Origin: an uncultured Acidobacteriota bacterium
GTDB taxonomy: Bacteria; Acidobacteriota; Terriglobia; Acidiferrales; UBA7541
NCBI GenBank assembly: GCA_963804655.1
Contig: CAWDRE010000001.1
Location: forward strand, 311,747 to 375,746
Length of the DNA stretch: 64,000 nucleotides
Direction of reading: 5' to 3'
In this document: piece after piece, positions 36,758 to 45,680 of the stretch
Position numbering within the stretch: position 1 is the first letter of the stretch
How the letters are laid out: each line of letters begins with the position of its first letter
The notes under the pieces: generated by a model
The model's database searches: none
What the model was told of the DNA's origin: nothing
What the model saw: the letters and a program-made list of their open reading frames with translations, nothing else
Program-made: the position numbers and the translations under genes

Positions 36758-37687
36758 CTATTCGGCTACATACGCTCTGTGTAGTTGGGTGGGCCAGTCT
36801 GCCAGCTCGATGCCGAAGGTGCGTGCTAAACGCGAGTTGGACAGAACCGAATATGCGGGCCTGCGCGCAGGCGTGGGATATGCCGCAGTCGCGATGGGGA
36901 CGAGCACGCGAGCCATCAATGGCTGACCGCGAGTCGCTGCAGCAAACCACGGGAGCGGCGTCTGGATCTTCGCTTCATGCAAAATTCTTTTTGCAAATTC
37001 AAACCAGGTCGTTTGGCCTGCCGCAGTCATGTGAAACGTTCCGCCGAGCTTTGCCCACACGCCCGCATCTTCCTTCGCAGTAAGAATTTGCTCTAAGACT
37101 TGAGTAGTTGCGGACGCGATTTCGCGGCTCCACGTAGGCGCGCCGATTTGGTCATTTACGATGCGCAACTCTTCTCGTTCCGTTGCCAACCGTAAAATAG
37201 TCAATAGAAAATTCTTGCCGCGCGTCGAGTAAACCCACGCGGTGCGCAAGATCAGGTGATCTGCGCCTGACTCGCGGACGGCTTGCTCGCCCGCCAGTTT
37301 TGTCTTGCCATATACATTGAGCGGATGGGTGTGATCGGTTTCTTCATATGGGGCATTCTTGGCGCCATCGAAAACGTAGTCGGTGGAATAGTGGACGATA
37401 GCCGCGCCAATTCTTTTGGCCTCCTCGGCCATAATCGCTGGAGCCTCGGCGTTGATTGCCCGCGCCAGCGATTCGTCTTTTTCGGCCTGGTCCACAGCCG
37501 TGTACGCCGCGGCGTTGACAATCAGAGTCGGGCGAATCTCGCGAATCACGCGGCGAATCTCGTCCGGTCGCGAAAGATCCATTTGCTGGCGGTCCGGTGC
37601 TATGAGTTCTCCCATGCGAGGCAGGAAATCTTGCAGGTCGTGCCCTATTTGGCCGTGCTTCCCCGTTAGAAGAATTTTCGGCGTCAT
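36758..37687 (-). CDS. rfbD: dTDP-4-dehydrorhamnose reductase
   Basis: ILLTGKHGQIG, NAAAYTAVDQAE and STDYVFDG. ATGA overlap with rfbC. Confidence 0.92.
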   Translation of the reverse strand: MTPKILLTGKHGQIGHDLQDFLPRMGELIAPDRQQMDLSRPDEIRRVIREIRPTLIVNAAAYTAVDQAEKDESLARAINAEAPAIMAEEAKRIGAAIVHYSTDYVFDGAKNAPYEETDHTHPLNVYGKTKLAGEQAVRESGADHLILRTAWVYSTRGKNFLLTILRLATEREELRIVNDQIGAPTWSREIASATTQVLEQILTAKEDAGVWAKLGGTFHMTAAGQTTWFEFAKRILHEAKIQTPLPWFAAATRGQPLMARVLVPIATAAYPTPARRPAYSVLSNSRLARTFGIELADWPTQLHRAYVAE

Positions 37688-38253
37688 TGCAAGGAATAGC
37701 GGGGCAGGAATTCCCGTGGAACGTCGGCCAGCTTTGAGAATTTCGCGTCCTTATCCGAAACCAACGGATTTTCGATGCACCAAGCGATGTTCAAATCAGG
37801 ATCGCTCCACAACACGCCGTGCTCGCTGGCCGGATCATAGAAGTCGCTACACTTATACAGGAACTGAACCGAGTCGGTCAGGGCCACGAACCCGTGCGCA
37901 AAGCCTCCCGGAATGTAAATCTGGTTATTTTCTGCCGCGGAAAGGCGAACGCTCGTCCATTTGCCGAAGCTCGGAGAACCGAGGCGAATGTCCACTGCCA
38001 CATCGAGCGCTTCGCCTTCGACCACGCGGCAGAGCTTCGCTTGCGTATGCGGCCACTGATAGTGCAGTCCTCGGAGAGTGCTCTTTTTCGAGCAGGAATG
38101 ATTATCTTGAACGAAGGAATCAGTGATGCCGAGCGCGGCGAAGCGTTCGCGGTGATAGGTTTCCGCGAGGAAGCCGCGCGCATCGCGAAAGACTTGAGGG
38201 CGAAGTTCCAACACGCCGGGGAGGTTCGTCTCGATCTTTTCCAATGGAATCAC
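37684..38253 (-). CDS. rfbC: dTDP-4-dehydrorhamnose 3,5-epimerase
   Basis: DARGFLAETY, LRGLHYQ, KLCRVVEGEALDVAVDIR, GFAHGF and YDPASE. Confidence 0.95.
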   Translation of the reverse strand: MIPLEKIETNLPGVLELRPQVFRDARGFLAETYHRERFAALGITDSFVQDNHSCSKKSTLRGLHYQWPHTQAKLCRVVEGEALDVAVDIRLGSPSFGKWTSVRLSAAENNQIYIPGGFAHGFVALTDSVQFLYKCSDFYDPASEHGVLWSDPDLNIAWCIENPLVSDKDAKFSKLADVPREFLPRYSLQ

Positions 38254-38317
38254 GCGTTCATCAGAATCATCGCGACGACTTTAGCAGAAGTCATAAATGG
38301 GTTGTAGCAGCGCGAAA

Positions 38318-39370
38318 TCAATTACGAGACTTCCGGCCGGATTCGGCGATGGCGTGAAGAGAAGCATCGCGATTTTCGTAATACTTTTCATAATAAGAAC
38401 GGTAATCGCCACCGCGGACTCCCGCGAGCCATTCCGTATTTGTTTTGTACCACGCGATTGTCTGCCGCAGGCCATCTTCCAGTGAAATGGTTGGCTTCCA
38501 ACCGAGCTCTCGTTCCATTTTGTTGCAATTCAGGGCGTAGCGGCGATCATGACCGGGGCGATCCTTGACGTACGAAAGAAGCGATTCGGGTTTGCCAGTG
38601 GCCGAGAGCAAGCGACGCGCCATCGCGAGATTCTCCAGTACGTCAAGCCCGCCGATATTATAAACCTCGCCGATGCGGCCGCGTTCGAGAACCGCGACGA
38701 TTCCCTCGCAATGATCCTGCACATGCAGCCAATCGCGCTCCTGCTTGCCGTCGCCATAAATCGGAAGCGGCTTATCATCGAGCGCATTCGTGATCATCAG
38801 CGGCAAGAATTTCTCCGGAAATTGAAATGGGCCGTAATTATTTGAGGCGCGCGTAATCACCGCGGGAAAATTGAATGTGCGCACGAAGGACTTGACGATC
38901 AAGTCCGCGCTCGCCTTGGAAGCCGAATACGGACTGCTCGGCTGCAAGGGAGAAGCCTCGTCCGCAAATGCCCCCTCCGGTAAGTCACCGTAGACTTCGT
39001 CAGTAGAGACCTGGACAAATCGCTGAATTCCCAGCTTACGCGCGATTTGCAGAAGGACGAAGGTGCCGGTAACGTTCGTCTCGATCACCGGAGCAGGCTC
39101 ATAGATACTGCGATCCACGTGCGATTCGGCGGCGAAGTGCACGACCGTCTGGCATCCAGCCATGGCTGCTTCCACAGCAGCCGCATCGCAGATATCGCCT
39201 CTTACGAAGGAATAATTCGGATGGTTCGCAACCGCATTCAAATTCGCAAGGTTGCCGGCATAGGTCAGTTTGTCGAAATTGACCAGCGAATAGCCCGCAT
39301 TCAAGCCGAGCACGTGCTGGATAAAATTTGATCCGATGAAGCCCGCGCCACCGGTGACGAAAATTTTCAT
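38318..39370 (-). CDS. rfbB: dTDP-glucose 4,6-dehydratase
   Basis: MKIFVTGGAGFIGSNF, STDEVYGD and YSASKA. ATG 39370 overlaps the rfbA stop (ATGA). The ORF opens further upstream, at 39484. Confidence 0.95.
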   Translation of the reverse strand: MKIFVTGGAGFIGSNFIQHVLGLNAGYSLVNFDKLTYAGNLANLNAVANHPNYSFVRGDICDAAAVEAAMAGCQTVVHFAAESHVDRSIYEPAPVIETNVTGTFVLLQIARKLGIQRFVQVSTDEVYGDLPEGAFADEASPLQPSSPYSASKASADLIVKSFVRTFNFPAVITRASNNYGPFQFPEKFLPLMITNALDDKPLPIYGDGKQERDWLHVQDHCEGIVAVLERGRIGEVYNIGGLDVLENLAMARRLLSATGKPESLLSYVKDRPGHDRRYALNCNKMERELGWKPTISLEDGLRQTIAWYKTNTEWLAGVRGGDYRSYYEKYYENRDASLHAIAESGRKSRN

Positions 39371-40134
39371 CGAGCCGCTTCCTGACGGGCGGCGGCGGCC
39401 GGGAGGTTCATCTTGTTGGCTCCCGTTTCCGCCACCAGCGTGTTGGCGCGCAGCAGGGACTCGAATGTACCGGCGTCGGTCCACCAGCCTTCCAGGATTT
39501 CGTACGTCAGCTTGTCTTCCGCGATATAGAAGTTGTTGACATCAGTAATCTCGAGTTCGCCGCGGCCCGAGGGCTTCAGTCGCTTGATTTTTTCGAAGAC
39601 GGTCTTGTCATACAAATAAATTCCCACGACTGCATAATTGGACTTAGGCGCTTTAGGCTTCTCTTCGATGCCCACTACGCGATTGCCTTGAATTTCGGCC
39701 ACGCCGAATCGCGGAGCGTCATCCACTTCTTTCAGCAGGATTTTGGCTCCGCCTTTTTGTGATTTGAAATTCTGCACGGCGCGGCAAATATTGTTCTCAA
39801 TGATGTTGTCGCCTAGCACTACGCACACGGAATCTTCACCGGCGAAAAACTCCGCAAGGCCCAGCGCTTCGGCGATTCCACCTTCGCCTTCCTGGTAGGT
39901 GTAATTCAAATGCTTCAGGCCAAAGTCGCGCCCATTTCCGAGCAGGCGTAGGAAATCTCCGGCGTTTTTGCCGCCTGTGACCAGGAGAATTTCCTCGATC
40001 CCGGCGTTGACCAACGTCTGGATGGGATAATAGACCATCGGCTTGTCATAGATTGGAAGCAGGTGCTTGTTGGTCACCCGCGTGAGCGGGTTCAGTCTGC
40101 TGCCAGTTCCACCTGCGAGGACCACGCCCTTCAT
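39367..40134 (-). CDS. rfbA: glucose-1-phosphate thymidylyltransferase (short form)
   Basis: MKGVVLAGGTGSRLNPLTRVTNKHLLPIYDKPMVYYP and VLGDNI. 255 aa. Confidence 0.82.
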   Translation of the reverse strand: MKGVVLAGGTGSRLNPLTRVTNKHLLPIYDKPMVYYPIQTLVNAGIEEILLVTGGKNAGDFLRLLGNGRDFGLKHLNYTYQEGEGGIAEALGLAEFFAGEDSVCVVLGDNIIENNICRAVQNFKSQKGGAKILLKEVDDAPRFGVAEIQGNRVVGIEEKPKAPKSNYAVVGIYLYDKTVFEKIKRLKPSGRGELEITDVNNFYIAEDKLTYEILEGWWTDAGTFESLLRANTLVAETGANKMNLPAAAARQEAAR

Positions 40135-40375
40135 TTTCCCTCTTTCTGCCGAAGCCGAGAATTCAGGGTTGAATTTAGCTTATACCCAACCGTTTGCACC
40201 GCACAGTCCTGAATTATGGACACGCCGCATTTCAGCCCCTGTTCTGACGTGCGCTGAGTTGATTGTAACTTCGCTGTTCCTGGTGGGCTCAGCCGAAGCG
40301 AACCTGGAATCGCCGCAACCGGCGCAAGAGGCCGTTCAACACCTGCGCCGGCACGGTGCCGACGTGCACCTAGGT

Positions 40376-41317
40376 CTAGCGGTCGCTGAAGTTGGCCTTG
40401 TACCATTCCCAGGTGCGGCGCAGACCTTCTTCAAAATGAACGCGCGGCTCATAATCGAGCACTTTGCGGGCGCGAGAAATATCGGCTTGCGAATCGCGAA
40501 TGTCGCCGGCGCGCGGCGAATCGTATTTCGCCTGAATTTTCTTTCCAGTGACTTTTTCGAGCAGCTGCAAGACTTGATTGATCGTGATCCGCGCACCCGT
40601 TCCGCCGTTGAAGACCATTCCCGAAGCGCCGTCTTTTTCGCAAGCGCGCAGCGTTTCGTCCACCACATTTTCGATGTACGTGAAATCACGAGACTGTTCG
40701 CCGTCTCCGTATACCACTGGCGATTCACCCTGGATCACCGCGAGCATGAATCGCGACAATACGCCGGAATATTGCGACGTGGGATCCTGGCGCGGGCCAA
40801 AGACATTGAAGTAGCGGATGCAGGCGTTTTCCAAGCCATAGACGCGGCCAAAGACCTGCGCGTAAAGTTCCCCGACATATTTCGTGACGCCGTAAGGAGA
40901 GATCGGCTCGGCTGCCATACTTTCCACCTTGGGAAGGGTGGGTGTTTCGCCGTATGCCGCGGAGGACGCTGCATAAACCACTCGCCGCACTTTGGCGTCG
41001 CGCGCGGCCACCAGCACATTCAAAGTCCCATCAATGTTGACGTGGTTGGTTCCCAGCGGATCCTTTACTGACAGCGGGACGGACGTGCGAGCGGCAAGGT
41101 GAATCACGTAGTCCACGCCGTGGCACGCGGATTGAACCGAGGCCAGGTCCGTGATGCTGCCTATGCGAAGATCAATCTTGTCGCGCACGCCTGCGAGGTT
41201 TGCTTCTTTGCCCGTGGAAAGATCGTCCAGTACCACGACGCGACGACCGCGCCGAACGAGCTCATCCACCAGGTTCGAACCGATGAACCCGGCACCGCCC
41301 GTGACAAGGTAACGCAT
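40376..41317 (-). CDS. NAD-dependent nucleotide-sugar epimerase (UDP-GlcNAc/UDP-GlcA 4-epimerase-like, SDR family)
   Basis: MRYLVTGGAGFIGSNL, catalytic YGVTK and RYFNVFGPRQ. The ORF opens at 41458, but ATG 41317 gives the canonical Rossmann N-terminus. Confidence 0.85.
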   Translation of the reverse strand: MRYLVTGGAGFIGSNLVDELVRRGRRVVVLDDLSTGKEANLAGVRDKIDLRIGSITDLASVQSACHGVDYVIHLAARTSVPLSVKDPLGTNHVNIDGTLNVLVAARDAKVRRVVYAASSAAYGETPTLPKVESMAAEPISPYGVTKYVGELYAQVFGRVYGLENACIRYFNVFGPRQDPTSQYSGVLSRFMLAVIQGESPVVYGDGEQSRDFTYIENVVDETLRACEKDGASGMVFNGGTGARITINQVLQLLEKVTGKKIQAKYDSPRAGDIRDSQADISRARKVLDYEPRVHFEEGLRRTWEWYKANFSDR

Positions 41318-41925
41318 TCTGGAATTTCCCTCACTGGAAGCGCCGGACCGAATCGGCGACTTCTCACTTGTTTTCAACGCAGGCCGAACCAGCAACATCT
41401 TAGCAAGGCCGAACCCAAAGGGCTTGAATAACAACACGTTGAGAAAGGCGTCGCCCAAGCCGGAGTCTCACGCCTCGCTGAAAGCATGGATGGGTCGCTC
41501 CACTAGGGGTACCGAGCTCGAAGCGAAAACCGTAAATCGTAAGGAAGAGTGGCGCCAATCGCAAGGTTTAGAGTTCGATTCGAGCAAGCCGCATCGTCAA
41601 TTTCGAGGGTCGGGCTAAACCGTTGATTCTCCATCACTCTAATGTCTGGTGCCCGGTATTCCCTCGCAAAAGCTAGAACGCGGGAGGGCGTGGACTCAAA
41701 TTAGCGCCAATCGTTGGGCGTCTTCGCCTCCCGCATTTATTCGTACAGGTATTCCGGCGCGAAACAGCGCACTAAGTCGCACTCGCCAAAGAAGTAAGAC
41801 TACCTGTACACGCGCGACGGTCAGGTACGCGATAGGCCGCGTGAACAGGCGAAGAGACTTGAACCATCTCGGTTCCTCTGACCAGTAGTTGCGCCCCGCC
41901 TTCGCTCTCCATACTGCTCCGTGAC

Positions 41926-44900
41926 ATGAGAGCCCACGCCCGCAACTACGCAAGCCGCGTTCCAGACTCAAGATTACAGCCGGAAGTGACCCGGGCAGGG
42001 TCGCCAAAAAGTATTGTTCTTTTGACGACCCTGGCTATGGTCCTGGCGATTGTCGGGCTTTCCAGCTGCGCGGGCTACACCAGCGCGGCAAAGACCACGA
42101 CAGGAGACCCAGGGGCGGGCGTCCTCTCGGCCAGCGTCACCAGTTTGAGCTTCGGAAGCGTCGCGGTGGGAAACACGGCCACGCAAAGCGTGACGGTGAC
42201 GAACGCTGGTACTGCGACGGTGAATATTTCGCAGGCGACCATGACGGGCGCCGGATTCACCGTGATCGGGGGAAACCCTTCCGGCACGATTCCTGTGGGC
42301 CAGAGCAGCACGGTGCAAGTTCAGTTCGCGCCAACCACTGCCGGAGCGATAACCGGAAGCCTGACGGTGATTAGCGACGCATCTAATTCCCCGCTTACGG
42401 TTTCACTGAGCGGCACGGGAACACAGACAGGCCTGAGCATTTCTCCCTCGGCGGTAACTTTCGGAAATGTCGTTGTGGGGCAAAGCAGCACCCAGTCCAT
42501 TGAACTGACCAACACCGGAACCACCAATGTCGTCATCAATGTTGCTACAGTCACCGGAACTGGATTCGGCATCAGCGGGCTTTCCCTGCCGAAGACCTTG
42601 ACGGGCGGCCAATCGCTTTCTTTCAGTGTGCAGTTCGCGCCTACCACCGCAGGTGCCGCAACCGGAAGCATAGTATTCACGGACAACGCGCCGACGTCTC
42701 CGCAAACGGTCACTCTAGTAGGAAGTGGCGTTTCCACTAGCTCGACATTGACGGCATCGCCGGGCAGCGTGTCTTTCGGAAATGTTTCGGTGGGTGCCAA
42801 CGGTCAGCAGACCATTACTTTGACAAACAGCGGGAATACCAACGCGACGATTTCGGCAGTAAGCTCGAGCGGCAGCGGCTTTAGCGCGGTTGGGCTCTCG
42901 GCCCCGTTAACTCTCGCCGCCAGCCAGAGCACCAGTTTCATTGCACAGTTCGCTCCGACGACGGCAGGGGCCGCCACCGGCAGTATCACGATCACCAGCA
43001 ACGCGAATGATCCGACGATTACGATTCCACTTACCGGAACGGCGGTGCAAGGGGCTTTGACGGCGAACCCATCCAGCATCAATTTCGGTAGCTTGCTGGT
43101 TGGCGCGAGTGGGACTGTAAACGTCACCTTGACGAATCCGGGAACCGCAAGCATCACCCTTTCGCAAGGCAGCGCCTCCGGCACCGGATTCAGCATGACC
43201 GGTCTCTCTGTGCCGGCAACGCTCGGCGCAGGACAGAGCACAACCTTTAGTGTGAAATTCTCGCCGACAGCCGCAGGTGCGGTTACCGGTACCGTCTCGA
43301 TCTTCAGCAATGCGCCGGGTTCTCCGCTGGCTATTGCTTTGAGCGGATCGGGGACCGCGGGGCAGCCGACGCTGACGATAGCTCCTGCCAGTGTGACTTA
43401 TGGCAATGTCTCGGTCGGAAGCAGCGCGACTCAGACAGTCACTCTGACGAACAGCGGGAACGCGACTCTGACGGTCACGCAGGCATCCGCGTCCGGAACG
43501 GGTTTCAGCGTGGCCGGTGTCAGTCTGCCGATATCCGTCAATGCCGGCAGCAGTTCGTCATTTACAGCCGTCTTTGCTCCGACGACCGCGGGAGCCGCAA
43601 CCGGCAGCATCTCGATCGTCAGCAACGCACCGGGTTCGCCGGCTGCGATCGCTTTGTCGGGAACGGGCATCCAGGGGCAACTCGGCGCCACCCCTGCCAG
43701 CGTGAATTTCGGATCGGTGAATGTGGGCAGCAGCGGATCTCAGACAATCACGTTGAAGAACTCAGGGACTGCGAGTCTGACAATCTCACAAGCCACCGCC
43801 TCGGGTACCGGCTTCAGCGTAAGCGGAATCACCACGCCTTTGGCGCTCGCTGCCGGGCAAAGCACAACGTTCACAGCCAAATTCTCTCCCAGCTCCGCCG
43901 GCAGCGTCAGCGGCAATGTTGCTCTTGTGAATAACGGTCCTAATTCTCCGATCAACGTAGCTTTGAGCGGCTCGGGGACGGCCACCGCACCACAACTTAC
44001 AATCAGTCCTGCCAGCGTGACCTACGGAAACGTAGCAGTGGGCGGCAGCGCACCGCAGACGATCACGCTGACGAACCCCGGCAACGCGACTTTGACGGTG
44101 ACTCAAGCGACCGTCTCGGGTACGGGATTCAGCATGAGCGGCGCCACGATGCCGATGAACATCAACGCCGGAGGCAGCTCATCGTTTACTGCAACCTTCG
44201 CGCCCACGTCCGCGGGAGCTGCGACGGGCAGTATTTCTGTCGTTAGCAACGCGGCGGGTTCACCGGCGGCAATCGCCTTGTCGGGAACCGGCACGCAGGG
44301 GCAGCTCGGGGCGAGTCCGGCGAGCGTGAATTTTGGCTCGATTGCAGTAGGCAGCAACGGCTCGCAGACGATCACGTTGACGAACTCCGGAACCGCCAGC
44401 ATTACCATCTCGCAGGCGACAGCATCCGGAACCGGCTTCAGCATCAGCGGAATAACCACTCCGCAGACGCTTGGAGCGGGTCTCACCACCACACTTTCTG
44501 CCAAGTTTGCGCCGACATCCGCGGGTAGCGCGAGCGGCAGCGTCTCGATCGTCAGCAACGCGCCGGGCTCTCCGCTGACCATCGCTCTCAGCGGAACCGC
44601 GACTCAGCCGCAGCTCACAGCAACGCCCTCCAGCGCGGCCTTCGGCAGCGTCGTAACCGGCACCAGCAACTCGCAAACGATTAATTTAACCAACGGTGGC
44701 AGCGCCACAGTCACGATCTCGGCTGTGACGGTTGCCGGCACGGGCTTCAGCACGACCGGCATCACTGCTCCGCTGAACATTGGAGCGGGAGGTTCGGCAA
44801 CGTTTAATGCGGTGTTTGCTCCGACCACGGCGGGGGCAGTGACCGGTTCGGTGACCTTGACCAGTAACGCACCGAATTCGCCGCTCGCCATCGCGCTGAG

Positions 44901-45480
44901 CGGAACCGGCCTGGCCGCAACAAGGCTGTTGGGGCTCAGCACCTCGAGTCTCAGCTTCGGAAATGTGAATGTCGGCAGCAATAGCTCGCTGAGCGCAGTA
45001 TTGACGAACAACGGCAACGCCAACGTCACGATTTCCAGCGTGGGCGTCACTGGAGCAGGCTTCAGCGCGAGCGGCGTCACTGCCAGCGAAGTGCTAACGC
45101 CAAATCAATCCGTAACCGTGACGGTTACGTTCGCCCCGGGAACTGCCGGAGCGATAACGGGAAGCATCAGCATCGCCAGCAACGCCACGAATTCACCGGC
45201 AACAATCAACGTCTCCGGCACAGGCGTTGCAGCGACTCCGCACACAGTCGCGCTCGCGTGGACCGCCAGCACGTCCACGGTATCGGGCTATAACGTTTAC
45301 CGCGGCACCACGCCGAACGGGCCGTACCCGACTAAGTTGAACCCGTCGCTCGTCACGACCGAGCAATTCACGGATTCCAATGTCACTTCGGGTATCACGT
45401 ACTACTACGTAGTCACCGCGGTTGACTCGAGCAACGTGGAAAGCGTGGATTCGAACCAGGCCACGGCGGTCATTCCGTAG
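41926..45480 (+). CDS. giant surface lipoprotein: about 10 choice-of-anchor-D/ASH-like Ig-fold repeats plus a C-terminal fibronectin type III domain
   Basis: Lipobox LSSC. Units of about 100 aa follow the pattern L..sP.sv.FG.v.vG.s..qtvtLTN.G.a.ltis.a..sG.GFs..g...P..l.aGqs..f...FaPt.aGa.tGs..i.SNa..SP..i.LsGtG. The tail VALAWTASTSTVSGYNVYRG...YYYVVTAVD is FN3-like. Confidence 0.85.
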   Translation: MRAHARNYASRVPDSRLQPEVTRAGSPKSIVLLTTLAMVLAIVGLSSCAGYTSAAKTTTGDPGAGVLSASVTSLSFGSVAVGNTATQSVTVTNAGTATVNISQATMTGAGFTVIGGNPSGTIPVGQSSTVQVQFAPTTAGAITGSLTVISDASNSPLTVSLSGTGTQTGLSISPSAVTFGNVVVGQSSTQSIELTNTGTTNVVINVATVTGTGFGISGLSLPKTLTGGQSLSFSVQFAPTTAGAATGSIVFTDNAPTSPQTVTLVGSGVSTSSTLTASPGSVSFGNVSVGANGQQTITLTNSGNTNATISAVSSSGSGFSAVGLSAPLTLAASQSTSFIAQFAPTTAGAATGSITITSNANDPTITIPLTGTAVQGALTANPSSINFGSLLVGASGTVNVTLTNPGTASITLSQGSASGTGFSMTGLSVPATLGAGQSTTFSVKFSPTAAGAVTGTVSIFSNAPGSPLAIALSGSGTAGQPTLTIAPASVTYGNVSVGSSATQTVTLTNSGNATLTVTQASASGTGFSVAGVSLPISVNAGSSSSFTAVFAPTTAGAATGSISIVSNAPGSPAAIALSGTGIQGQLGATPASVNFGSVNVGSSGSQTITLKNSGTASLTISQATASGTGFSVSGITTPLALAAGQSTTFTAKFSPSSAGSVSGNVALVNNGPNSPINVALSGSGTATAPQLTISPASVTYGNVAVGGSAPQTITLTNPGNATLTVTQATVSGTGFSMSGATMPMNINAGGSSSFTATFAPTSAGAATGSISVVSNAAGSPAAIALSGTGTQGQLGASPASVNFGSIAVGSNGSQTITLTNSGTASITISQATASGTGFSISGITTPQTLGAGLTTTLSAKFAPTSAGSASGSVSIVSNAPGSPLTIALSGTATQPQLTATPSSAAFGSVVTGTSNSQTINLTNGGSATVTISAVTVAGTGFSTTGITAPLNIGAGGSATFNAVFAPTTAGAVTGSVTLTSNAPNSPLAIALSGTGLAATRLLGLSTSSLSFGNVNVGSNSSLSAVLTNNGNANVTISSVGVTGAGFSASGVTASEVLTPNQSVTVTVTFAPGTAGAITGSISIASNATNSPATINVSGTGVAATPHTVALAWTASTSTVSGYNVYRGTTPNGPYPTKLNPSLVTTEQFTDSNVTSGITYYYVVTAVDSSNVESVDSNQATAVIP
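43366..44607 (+). repeat. tandem duplication of a two-repeat block (624 nt + 618 nt) inside the giant lipoprotein gene
   Basis: Repeat units 5-6 (43366-43989) and 7-8 (43990-44607) are about 75-80 % identical at the protein level by eye. Other unit pairs are about 50 %. Confidence 0.7.
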
Positions 45481-45680
45481 TCTTGGCGCCAAGACAACAA
45501 GGATTTGGAAGCGAGCTAAGTACAGATTTTCAAGCAGTTTGAATGTGCGCGGAGCGGCCGGTTCGCCGCAAAATCCGCGAGCGCAACCGACGCCTGTCCG
45601 CGCGGACAGGGTTAACCCCCTGTCCCAAGTGTGTACCCCTGGCCAGTAGTTCCTGAAACCTACCCCGGCAGACAATCGCC

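Noticed and set aside
40067-41071. 334-aa plus-strand ORF
   Set aside because: It is antisense to rfbA and the SDR epimerase, both with canonical motifs on the minus strand.
42100-45200. Regular periodicity of about 290-310 nt that could be mistaken for a repeat array or CRISPR
   Set aside because: The periodicity is entirely in-frame protein repeats of one long ORF. There are no short identical repeats separated by unique spacers.
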